Source of the DNA: Anthoceros angustus
Lineage: Eukaryota; Plantae; Anthocerotophyta
Reading direction: 5' to 3'
Assembly (NCBI GenBank): GCA_010909165.1
Contig: MU008159.1
Span: forward strand, 1,178,001 to 1,242,000
DNA: 64,000 nt
Made by a program: the position numbers and the translations under genes. Shown here piece by piece: positions 25,429 to 37,400 of this stretch (positions within the stretch are counted from its first letter, which is position 1; each line of letters begins with the position of its first letter). The notes below the pieces were generated by a model, which saw only the letters and a list, made by a program, of their open reading frames with translations, made no database searches and had not been told where the DNA came from.

Positions 25429-26310
25429 ATTCATCTCATGGAACTGTGCTCCGGGATCAGCAGCGGGTTGGGCGGTGTTGAGAAGCGGCATTCGGATAAA
25501 GAAATACACATGTGTCGAACTAGATGAAAGGCGGCGTGGCGGGACTAGAATCATGCGGATGCAAAGGGAAAACGCCGCAATGATTAGTAGAGAAGCGATC
25601 AAGGGATGCCAAAGCCGGTTACCTGCAGACATCTTGTTAGTGGGAAAGCGTCAAATTGATGCCCTTGGATGCAAGGTGGATATGTTGATTGCAGGTTGGG
25701 AATGCAAGAACTTTTCCAGGGCTGGCCGTGGCTCAGGCGATGGCCTGGGATTAGCATCGGAAGTCATCCGGATTAGAAGTCAAGCGACCAACCCACTGTT
25801 GGTACCTACTCGGCGTGTGTGGTGCATTCGATAGACGTGAAGACGTCCGGAAACAATACGCAACCGAGGCGGTGGGAGAAGAATTCATTGTGGGCCGTGC
25901 GAGACGGTTCATATGCATCAGTCACGAAGCTTCGGACCAATGTTGGCGATGTGACATCCACGAGGCATCACCGGCTGTTGCACGTCGCGCTATGTAAAGG
26001 ACATTGGGTCGGGAAGGCCTGGCGGTATAAGGGAGATAAAGTACCCCATTATCCGATTGAGCGGTGGGAAAGCCGAGAAGGCGTGGCCCACACTCGTCAA
26101 GGCGTGCAATCTATGCGTTTAGGAAAGGGGAGAAGGCATGGTCTTTGGACACAAAGGAAATGAAGTAGAGCCAGCGATAGCAGGCGGGAGCGTGCCATGG
26201 GATTTGATACGGATGGCACTTGCGCTGGTGTCGGAATCGGCCCGATGCAGGTTGATCGGACAAGCTTTTGACATGACCTGCATGCAATGGTTGATCACTG
26301 CAGGTTTGGC
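25429..26310 (+). pseudogene. C5 cytosine DNA methyltransferase domain embedded in the retroelement pol (frameshifted)
   Basis: Ordered motifs: I IHLMELCSGISSGL; II IKKYTCVELD; III ADILLV; IV VDMLIAGWECKNFSRAG (Cys codon 25703-25705); VI-like YLL(G)V; VIII-like AVRDGSYA...TN; IX/X RERAMGF...RLIGQAFD. Confidence 0.8.
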
Positions 26311-26554
26311 AATACAGATAGCCATGAGCCGTGAGAATGGGGATGGGCGTTTTGTGATATGTGAAAGTGAACTTACCTCCGCGTCGGAGAAACAAGAACG
26401 TGCCGCCAATACAGCAGCCTCTGCTACTTTGACACGAGAAAGGAACTATGAGAATGCGGTCGATGATTGGCAGATATGTGAAGATTTGCAACCAGCTGAA
26501 CGACAGAGGATCCGAGACATGTTACTCAGAATCCCTCCTTTTCCAATAGCCCAT

Positions 26555-29500
26555 CCCAACGCGAGGGGATAGGTGTGCATATGTACCACCCCATGCGCCC
26601 ATTGCCGCCGTCAGGGTGTGCCAGAGCTTGTTGGACATGCCGCGGAAATGTGAAGGGCCCAGATTTGTGATCCCGCCTGTATCGATACACTCGCCTTGTG
26701 TCCACAGCCGTGAAGCCACTGATGTCCGGATGCATGGATACAGGGGTTGTGGATGTCTCACAGGCAAACCACTTGACGAGGAGAAGCGTGAAGTCCGCCC
26801 CTCAACAGGCGTCAAAATGTCCTCCACTTGCCCATAAAAAGCTGGCTGGTCCTCCATGTCAAAGGTGCGAAAACCAAGCTGTCTCGAGTCTGCGCTTATT
26901 AACATCTCCGGCCATGGTGCGGAAGTGGTACCCCATGGTCTCTAAACCTCGTATGTTGTAACCGTCTGCGACGTTGACTATTGCCCGTATGTCTTCATAT
27001 CGAGCCATTCCGGCCCTGCGTTCTGGGACACCGACCTCCAGCCAACTCATGAGGTTTGTCCGTCGGTGTCACTTGCTTCAAACTCGGTCGGATAGCCTCA
27101 AGGCCTCGAATGCAATATGAAGTGCCAATGAAGGCGCTTGTGCATAGCGATCGATTTTTCTTTTGGGCTTTCCCAATTGGCGCTCTACGAGCGATCAATA
27201 GAAGTGTCTTTGAAATAGAGGCTTGCCGAGGTTCGTGGCCGGAAGTCGGATGCATAAAACATACTTTCCATGGCGGTACCACACAGGCCATACTCCCTTG
27301 GCATGTTGGCGGATGGACTGCCGGCACATGCATATGTCTCGATAGGGTACATCCGGGCATGGTGTCTTGAGTGGCCACCTCGTCGACAAGGTGGATGATC
27401 ATGTGCTGCATAGGATTCCACAACACGGGTAACAACGCTCTAATTCCACCATGGTGTCCACCACTTTTGCGCATTGCGGGATGTCTCATGGGTTAATTGC
27501 TTTCGCAAATCCACGTAGATGGGTGGCCGACGAAGGAAGCATACTGACCATTTAGGCGCCCGTGCAAAGCTATTGGGAAGTAAAACTGCATTAGCAGGTG
27601 CCAATCGTGGCTCTTCAACCCGGTCACTTTTGACCCCCGAAAACAAATCGAGAGGTTAGACCCAAACGCAGTAGGTGGTCGCACCTTACACAACTCATCC
27701 TTCACGCCCTGAATGTCCGCCTTTGACAGCGCGTAGGAGGCCGCCGGAAGGTGGGCTTCCCCGGTGTCGTCAACCACTGGCCACAACCATGGCTTGGAGT
27801 CCAAATCCATCATGTCAATGAATTGTGCGTATCCATCGTCCACTCCATATGTGCCGAGCTTGGCAATTGTTGACCTCGTGTGCATTACATCCTTGACCAC
27901 AACTTGGGTATTGATGACGGATAGGGCAAGTTGTCAATGAAAAGCGGACCTTGGTGGCGGGCCCTTCCGTGTGCCACATGTCACCCGGGCGCTAAGTCCG
28001 ACATTTCTTGAATGATGTCACGGTGGCGGAGAGGGGGAGGTGTGATTCCACATTGTTATTGAAATAGTCTTCTTTTGGACCGCCTAGGATCATCTTCGTG
28101 GGACACCACCGTGATTTGTCACAAACAATCTTGTCCAACGCATCGACCAGCGTGGTACGCAAAGAGGTCCATAATCGAAACAACAGCGGTAACCCGAACT
28201 TGCAACCCAAAAGGGCACCAATCCGGTAATCACATGTTGCATGGAGAAGGGCGGCAAGGTGGAAGAAGTGAAGCGGATCCGTCTTGACTTTGAAAAATCT
28301 GCTGCGGCACACCAACCCATAGCATGGCCAGCTCCTCTAAGGGGTTGAGGTAGACATCCAAATTCTTGACTGTTTGGCCCGGCACAATAAGCGGCATCGA
28401 TCGTTGCTTCTTTGTAGTCACCACGGCGGAGGTTGTGGATGAAAAGCAAAACAGGCCATATAGAGTATGAAGAGGACCGGTGACCGCTAGGATTGAACCC
28501 GTCGTGGAGATGCCAAGGCGGATATTCCGATCTTCTAGCCCAAAATCATCAACGTCGGGCAACTCCAAGCGGTATCGGCCATGATTGCATTTGGCCGTCA
28601 ACACTCGATGATCCCTCCACCAAGTGGTGGCGGGCGGTGGATCGACCGTCGATCTCCGTGAGCGATCGGTGGCCGGAAAGTAAAACATGGTTTTGCGGGA
28701 ATAGGCCGTAGCACCAATCCGAATCGTGGCTCATCGCAAAACTTCGCAAGGTATGGCGGCCGAGGTCCCGAGCGACGGCAATCCCACACCTGCAGCGTCA
28801 ATGCGACGCATCCATAGCCTATGTGCAACAACATTTTTCACATCGCGAGCTCGGCATATCGTTGATTTTGGCGAGAATGGAAGTTGTGAAGCCGGAAAAT
28901 AGCGGACATCGAGTCGAGATCTTGAAGCGGTCTGAATGTTGAGCAACGCGAGCCCCGAACTGACCTTGTATCTTTGTGCATCCTCGAACCGTGGCCCATC
29001 CGGTGAGATGCCTCTTCCCAATCGGGGGCGCTTGAGAACACACAATGCTCTCATCCGTGGCCCCGTCCAGCAGAGGCGCATCCATATCTGCACCGTCCTC
29101 GCAAATGGGAGTGCGAGGAGCTGCGGACAGGTGCGCATCGCCACCGAAGGCCCCATCATGTCGTGGGCTGCCAGGGAAGAGTCGGGCAAGCGTCGCCTGG
29201 GACACCTGTTCATCCGGAGGTTGGGGGGGGTGGAAAGGGAGACCCTCCACACCAGGTGCAACAGCCCGGGCCTGGCACACGAGCAATGGAGAAGGTGAGA
29301 GCGCAGTGGGGTGGTCTACCACCACCGGCGAGGCATAGCAATGCAGGAAATGGCTAACCTCGGCAGCGGGCCCAAACGCTCGTGTGCATAGCGATGTCTG
29401 CCATCGGATGTGTCGCCATATAACGGACATTGGCACAAAACCCGGGAATTTGCGATTCTTGTATGGGATGTCCATGAGTGGTCCGAGATATGGGAAAGGC

Positions 29501-29962
29501 GCCTGACTACCTCTACCAGAAGCCTACAGGGAGGGAGAGGAGGAGGCGGGGTGGAGGGAGAGGAGGCGAGGCCGTTAAGCGGTCACGGGCCACCGTCAGG
29601 GGCCGTGGTCCGTCCACAACTCACGCCCCTTAAATGCATTGTGGATCCATCGGCCGATGAAATGCATCGGCCCATTCGCAGTCAGGTGGCGAGACAACAA
29701 GCGGGAACCGGTGTTGAGGTTGTTCCCGGTTTTCGACGGGTTACGGTGGAACCCAAACCCGACAATAGCTCACGAGTGAGGCGATGGTTCGTGCGAGATA
29801 TATGACGGTGAAAACAGTGCGGAGGTTCGTCATAAGACAATTGACAGAGAATACGAAATCGTCTTAGGTCTGACAAAGCGTCTTATACATATGACAGCCT
29901 ATAATACCCCCCACCCACTGTCATATACCACTTGTCATAAGAAGGTGCTTTTTGTAGTAGTG
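26555..29962 (-). mobile_element. CACTA/EnSpm element (TnpD-type transposase relic) with one terminal inverted repeat ending at 29962
   Basis: Transposase_21-like DFGLEDRNIRLGIST...LIVPGQTVKNLDVYLNPL, GLKSHDWHLLMQ and DUF4218-like WNPMQHMIIHLVDEV...MYPIE. The terminus reads CACTACTACAAAAAGCACC on the minus strand, with TATGAC/GTCATA subterminal repeats. Confidence 0.85.
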
Positions 29963-31600
29963 ATGTCCAAGTGTACTTACTGGTGGTCAAGGATAAATTT
30001 GGAGAAAGTCATACTGCTACATGTGTGTCTGTGCGTGTTAGTGCGCTTATCTGTGAAAGCAGTTGATCATCGCTGTATCTCGAAGTGTATCATCATTGTT
30101 TCTGTGAAATGATCGTTGTATCATCATTGTTTCTGTGAAATCCATACCTTGCCTGACTGTGCAGCAACTGACGCCCATGTTCTCGCTCATCAAATACCCG
30201 GCCAATCCAACAACACATTCTCGGAATCGTCACCACTCCCATGCTTCACGGCTTGCTCCACCACCGTGTTCGTTGTCTAGGTCTGCCTGTGGACCTCACG
30301 ATGTGTTTGTTGTGTTCATAGCCTACGCACACAAAACCAGTGCGACCACACCGTCCGGTGCTTAAGACCACGGTTCCTCCTACCGTAATCCTCAAAACAA
30401 ACACGTAGCCTATCCACCGTCGCACGACACACCTCGATCTGGAGCAAAGTTTTCCAATCCTACATCCCCACCATCCGCCAAGCAAACCCGACAATAGCTC
30501 ACGGTGGTGTTCTGCGTGCGAGATATATGACGGTGAAAACAGTGCGGAGGTTCGTCATAGCGACAATTGACGGAGAATCTGAAATCGTCTTAGGTCGACA
30601 AAGCGTCTTATACATATGACAGCCTATAATACCCCCCACCCACTGTCATATACCACTTGTCATAAGAAGGTGCTTTTTGTAGTAGTGATGTCCAAGTGTA
30701 CTTACTGGTGGTCAAGGATAAATTTGGAGAAAGTCATACTGCTACATGTGTGTACCGAGGCAGGTGTTAGTGCAGCTATCTGTGAAAGCAGTTGATCATC
30801 GCTGTATCTCGAAGTGTATCATCATTGTTTCTGTGAAATGATCGTTGTATCATCATTGTTTCTGTGAAATCCATACCTTTTTATGCGACCGAGACGCCCA
30901 TGTTCTCGCTCATCAAATGCCGGTCAATCTCTTGAACACATTCTCGGAATCGTCACCACTCCCATGCTTCACGGCTTTGTGCTCCACCACCGTGTTCGTT
31001 GTCTAGAGTGCTCCGGGGACCTTGCACGATGTGTTTGTTGTGTTCATAGCCTACTTGCATGCCGTTCGACCAAAGTGCGATACCTCCGGTGCTTAAGACC
31101 CGGTTCCTCCTACGAGAATCCTCGAAACAAACACGTAGCCTATCCACTTTATCCGCCGACACACCTCGATCGTAGCAAAGTTTTCCAATCCTACATCCCC
31201 ACCATCGGGCATCAAGCAAACCCGGAGGAGGGGCTCTTACGCCTCCTTCACTTGCTCGCATCCCCAAGGACCATTGAGTTGTCGTCTATGCTTCACGGCT
31301 TTACGTACTCACCAGCACCGTGTTCGTTGTCTAGAGTGCTCCGGGGACCTTGCACGATGTGTTTGTTGTGTTCATAGCACGTACACATGGGCCAAAGTGC
31401 AGATACCACGGTGTCAGGTGCTTAAGACCACGGTTCCTCCTACCGGAATCCTCGAAACAAACACGTAGCCTATCCAGCATCGACACACCTCGATCTGGAG
31501 AAAAAGTTTTCCAATCCTACATCCCCACCATCGGGCATCAAGCAAACCCGGAGGAGGGGCTCTTGCCTCCTTCACTTGCTCGCATCCCCAAGGACCATTG
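29755..31600. repeat. Tandem duplication of ~729 bp spanning the CACTA terminus, plus a third partial ~300-bp copy
   Basis: AAACCCGACAATAGCTCACG starts at 29755 and 30484. The TIR GTAGTAGTG ends at 29962 and 30687. The CTCCACCACCGTGTTCGTTGTCTAG...ATCCCCACCATC block occurs three times. Confidence 0.85.
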
Positions 31601-31949
31601 AGTTGTCGCATTTGCTTCACCACATGCCATATGACCCTTGGTCTTAGGCTTCCTCGTTGGTCTGCTTCAGCGACACATATGAACCCAGCACCGACCATGT
31701 TGTTCACCATGGGCTCCTTATTGAGCGTCTTTCGCCTCCATAGCGGGCTCCTCGCCCACCTCCTCCTCTTAGTCGGCCCTGTCCATGGAATTGATTCGAA
31801 GATCCATGAATTGGCGCACAGGATCCACATCATGAAATGACATTACGGCATAAATGAGCAGTGCTATCATAGGCCCGATCCTGCGCTGTCCAGCAATCTC
31901 CCTCTCATGTCTGGTGAATCAACCTCTTCAAGAGTCTTAGGGGCTTGAT

Positions 31950-33900
31950 AGGAAACAACCCGATCATCCGATGTTGTAACACAATTTTAGTTCCCCTTTC
32001 GTTCGGCAAACAAAGTTGTCACTCCACCGCCAAGTTGCGTCGGTTCTCGAGCACAAGCGGTTGAGGCACACAATCCTTATCCAAGCTCCTGGCGCAAGTG
32101 AAAAGTCCACACGCCGTGCGGCTTCCTCGACAATCTTTGTCACATTGGTTTTATGCCGTAACATGTCGTCACAACACCTGCGCTTCCATCGGCACTTCTC
32201 TCACCATAGATGTGTCATCCGAGAATGGAAGACCACAATCTGAAATAATAGGATGTGGTGATGCCTTTGAGCGCATGATGACCCCTTCAAACTCGCCTTG
32301 GTAAATCTTGTGTCATACTCTCGTGATTGGGGATCTAGATCCAAGCCTGCAGGGAGGTCTAACAACAACAAAGCATACGGTCGGGGCTCTACAAGCGGGC
32401 CATGTTCACTATGTTGCCACACGGTATCCCGACCTTCTTTGGGTTTTCGGCTTGGAGTCGTTCACGATTGTCATCGGCTTATCCTCGGATGTGGTCGATT
32501 TCAAGGCACACTCCTCCATACGCTTCCAAGCTCGGCCTTGAATATGTGCTCCTTGAAGTTCTCGGTGGGGCACCCCACTCAAGGCAAGTGTTGTACTTAT
32601 GAAAGACACATCCCACGGTCAAATGCAAGCGGACGTTCTCGAATGTATACGGTGTGAATGCCTCCACTTTCCATGACTTATAAGGACAAGAAGCGGCCTG
32701 AGAAACTACGATTTGGGTATAGCTAAGTGTTCATCGAGGGTGACCCAGTTTTTGAAGGCGGTGGAAGTTACTAATTTGATTCACCATGCGATGTCGGGAT
32801 ATCGTTCTGAACCTCTTCAAATGTCTCACAGTGCAAATGCTTGGCGATGTCACATGGATGAGGTTGAGTTTTTGGCCTTGTCCACCCACGAACATTTGTT
32901 TCAATGTCAATTCTCCGGCCCGAGCAGTGTTTCTCGGCATAGGGGTTTGTCTCCAAACCCCATTTTTTTGTAACCATCCGAAATGCACATGTCTCATTTC
33001 CATTTTAGGTGATTTGCGAACCCACCCATGCATCCGAGCCCAAGGAAGACCTAATGTGCCACCGTCCACAAATAGCGGACACACCTTTGTACCAAGTGGC
33101 GGATGGTGGCGCACTTATGCTCAAAAGTAGTGCACCGAGCGTCCGGTGCACTTATACTCCAAGAGGTGCAATACACGGGTTTGGAGAGGGTTAATCAATT
33201 CTTGTGTAGGCAAGCACTTTCGTTCAAGTTGCTTGTGCACACTTGCCACGCACCAACACTCACATCAATTCTCTTTTCAAACCCGTGATTGAGCAATCCC
33301 GGGGCGGGCATACCTGTCTACTGGCCCCTCGTCGAGATAAGCCGCACTTAGATCTGCGGCATTGGGCCCCAGCGAGGTGGACAAGGTAAAGGATGGTGAG
33401 GCCTCCTCAACCGTTCTTGATCAAACTCTTGAGCTTACATTTCTTCTTGTCAAGTCCGTCGCTTTCAACCTTAATCTATCCATGGGTGGCACATGGAGCA
33501 AGTCGGATCTTAAATTCAAAATCTCTGGCGAAGCTTGGCTATAGTTGTCTCTGAACACCTAGGCGCCACGTGTGTGGCGTCACGGTGGGTATAGATAGGT
33601 CCTCCTTGAGCCTCCTGAAATACTCGCCATTTGGTCAAAACCCCCTCGGGCGACCAGCCCTCTTTCTTCGAGATACTCTGGCTCTCACTAGGGCTCGCGG
33701 TGGCGAGCGGATGCTCTCTTATACTTGTGTTTGACCGCATCCGACAGGCTTTCATTACTCAAGGAAAAATCATCTATTCTATTTATTTTCTTGCTTCTCG
33801 CAAAACATTGTGAAACATTGTCGTCTTCAAAAGGTTGGCCATTAGAAACCACCATCATACATGTCGAATTTTGGAAAATGTAGCTCATCTAGAAACCAAG
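31950..33900 (-). mobile_element. Mutator-like (MULE) transposase relic
   Basis: Frameshift-joined motifs YKGV-SAI-VDG...LPWA, a CxRHL-like HCTVRHLKRF, a possible SWIM remnant near 32330 and an N-terminal GQPFED segment. Heavily broken. Confidence 0.5.
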
Positions 33901-34442
33901 GCCTATGCATCTATCGTGCATCAAACTCGAATGAGCGGACATTTGGCGCACCAATCAAAGAGATCCATTGCAAGTCATCGGAAGGGGCACATAGAGTAAG
34001 GCCAAAAGGTTTTACATGTTGTATACAAAGCGAATGTGGGAATATAACATCAACCAACAAATGATTTTCAAAATAATATTCATGACTTTACGCCTAGATA
34101 CGGGATGATTTACAAATTTTTCAAACCACTAAAAATCAACACTCCATCCTAATATTGATACGCCTCTAGGTTGCTTAACAGTGGAGTTGTTACAAAGTTT
34201 TCAAAGCGCCAAAAACAAGCAAGGCATCCTAGTAAAGTTTTCAAAGCGCCAAAAACACTAATCTGACCCAAGAGTGCTTGACAGGGAAATTCTCAAATCA
34301 CCAAAGTCAAGCAGCCCATCCTGGTACTGATCTGACCAAGGGGTGCTTAACCTTGGAGTTCTTACTCCATGGAGTCTATCTGCACCTATCCCAAGCCGAT
34401 GCTTTCATTAGGAAGACAAACGATAAATATAGATGTGCGCCG

Positions 34443-37400
34443 TATTGGTATTATGTTGATATCATGACTATAGGTCTAAGGATAGTTACGATAAATAATC
34501 CTTAGTATGATGTTGAGTTAGGTAGATATCTTTTCGTTAGGGTTACGACTTTTCGTGAATAGTCACATCGTTTAGATTAAGTTTAAGTTACCTTTTCGCA
34601 TAAGCACTTCAGACTCTTTTCTTGATTCTCAATTAATGTGTAATTACTTAATGTTGTAATTAATCTACATAATCCATATAAATTGTCATGGTATCAGAGC
34701 AAGATACTATGTAGAAAGCATCTAAAAAGATGCACATAAAAATTCTGCACTAGAAGATGTGCATGAATTTGTCTTCTGTTGTTTTCTTATTTTTGAAGTC
34801 AAAGAAACAAGAAGATTTTCAAGAAAATAGTTTATGATGTTTTCTTTTAGGAAAAACATATGCAAATTCTGCGATGTCAGACGGTTTTCTAATGCATCTT
34901 CATTGAAATTGCCAATTTAGACAATTCCATGAAAATGCACTAGAACAACCTAATAAAGATTGCATATAGTTTTATAAAGAATTTCTAAAATTTCTAAAAT
35001 GCGAGTTACGCATCCTAGAAAACATCAGCACTGGCTTGAAGCCATGGCAAATATCCCAGAGCCTGTAGAGGCTGCTGGGATCGCCTACAATCAGATTCCT
35101 AGGCGTAATAGATATAGAGTCCTAGATAGGCTAACACTAGCCAATCAATTACATGTGCGCATCGAGAATGGAGCCACAGCACGGACTCAACCAGAGAAGA
35201 GCTAAAGGAAGCATTCAACACAATTGTTGAATTGCTATTCCACAGTTTGATCTTACATTCACACTTCCTCCAAGGCGACAACAACAAGCGCTCTGGTACA
35301 ACCACTTGATGGAAATGACCACCGACGGCTTCCTCACAATCACCGCATCACAAATCGTAAACACACTTGTTCAGCGTCTTGAGGCTAATAAGAATGTTGA
35401 AGCGAGATGCAATCAAATTGCTGGCCATATTTCCAGCGATGTTGATCTCCGGGACTTGAAGGAGCGACATTGTTCATATAGATTACAAGCTAGTGATGCT
35501 ATTGAAACCTGAATTGCTTAGTAATCCAAAGATTCGGAAGCATAGCACTGTGTGAGCAAAACTAATCACGAGAGGAAGTTTGACTCACCTAATTCTTGTC
35601 CTTCATGCTCAACTTACGCATACAATAAGTTTGAGATGAGGAGCTCTAGAATTGCTGTAGGGCTGCTTGGGATCAAACCTGCAGCACACAACCAACACCC
35701 ACAAGTTAGTCCTATGGACGCAGATAGTGATCGAGACAGAAACTTTGGAAGGCAGTTTGAGTCAACACACAAACCTAGGATGGGTGACACTTCATCATCC
35801 TCGGCATTGCTAATGATTCCTTCAAGGAGAAGGATAGGTTTAATGGTGACTATGATATTTGGGTAATCCGGATGGAGGTATCCTCGAAGTTAGGAACTTG
35901 AAACATGCAACCGGAAAGATAGAGTATCCGGAGGGTAAGTCGGCGAAGAATGGTTAGCTAAAGATAGCGCAGCCAAATACCTTATACGCAGTGGCCTAAC
36001 ATTTGACATGTTGAGGCAGATTGGTGGGGCAAAAACTTTGGCCGAGATTTGGACCCGTCTCTTTGATATCTATGCAGGATCCAATAAGGTTAGTACAATG
36101 GCAGCAATGCGCAACTTTCAGAACTATAGAATGAAGGATGGAGATTCCGTGGAGAGACATATCAGTACCTTCAGGACCCTCACTTCAAAACTGGAAGGTG
36201 CCTCTAAAATAATCATGACAGAAGAAGAATTGGTCAAGAGACTTCTGCTCTCGCTTCCTGAGTCCTAGTCACATTTCATGACATCACACACTGCTGCACA
36301 AGCCAGGCTACTTGTTAAGGAAACAAGGCATTGAGATGCCGAGATGTCATTCTCGAGCTTGTTAGTACTATGCTTCAAGAGGAGGCTAGCAAGCGCAGAT
36401 TCTGAGGCAAGCAACAGCCTTGTACACATCAAACCGGGACGAGGAGGTGGAAGATTCTCCTCTCGTGGTGGTGGTAGCTCCTCTAGGGAGGTAGCTCGCA
36501 GGAGCTAATCCTTCCAAGAAAAATAAAAATCGGTACTTGCAATTGGTGCAAAATACGGACATTGGGAACGTGATTGTCGAAAGAAACAGTGGAGTACCTG
36601 CAAGGAGGGATCATCGAGTCTGAGACACACGTTGTGGTCAAAAAGCAAAACACTCCATCCTTGTTGTTGGGACCAGGAGTTTGATCTTACATTCACACTT
36701 CCTCCAAGACAAACAACTGGCCTCTGGTACAACCACTTGATGGACCATGACCGCGGCTTCCTCAACGTAGCATCACAAATCAATGTAAACACACTTGTTC
36801 AGCGTCTTGAGGCTAACAACAGGAATGTTGAAACGAGATGCAATCAAATCACTGGCCATATTTCCACAGCCAGTGTTGATCTCCAGGACTTGAAGGAACA
36901 GCTTGTTCATATAGATTACAAGCTTGTGATGCTATTGAAACCTGAATTGCTTAGTAATCCAGCATTCAGAAGCATAGCCTGTAAGCACGTGAGCAAAACT
37001 AATCACGAGAGGAAGTTTGACTCACCTAATTCTTGTCCTTCATGCTCAACTTACGCATACAATAAGTTTGAGATGAGGAGCTCTAGAATTGCTGCGTAGG
37101 GCTTGGGATCAAACCTGCAGCAACACAACCAACACCCGTAAGTTAGTCCTATGGACGCAGCAGATAGTGATCGAGACAGAAACTTTGGAAGACGAGTTTG
37201 AGTCAACACACAAACCTAGGATGGGTGACACTTCATCATCCTCGGCATTGCTAATGATTCCTTCAAGGAGAAGGATAGGTTTAATAATCGACTATGATAT
37301 TTGGGTAATCCGGATGGAGGTATCCTCGAAGTTAGGAACTTGAAACATGCAACCGAAAGATAGAGTATCTGGAGGGTCCTGAAGAATGGTTAGCTAAAGA

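Larger units (their letters stand above)
22085..26550 (+). mobile_element. Truncated Ty3/Gypsy-like retroelement: leader, gag, zinc knuckles, aspartic protease, C5 DNA methyltransferase, start of pre-RT region
   Basis: Domain motifs are collinear on the + strand across several frameshifts (see sub-features). The left boundary is approximate; no second LTR, RT or integrase is visible. Confidence 0.75.

Noticed and set aside
25429-26310. Methyltransferase as a DIRS-type adenine (DAM) methylase or a host DRM/CMT gene
   Set aside because: No DPPY/NPPY motif. It has a C5-type Cys motif in non-permuted order (unlike DRM), no chromodomain, BAH domain or introns, and is fused behind a retropepsin.
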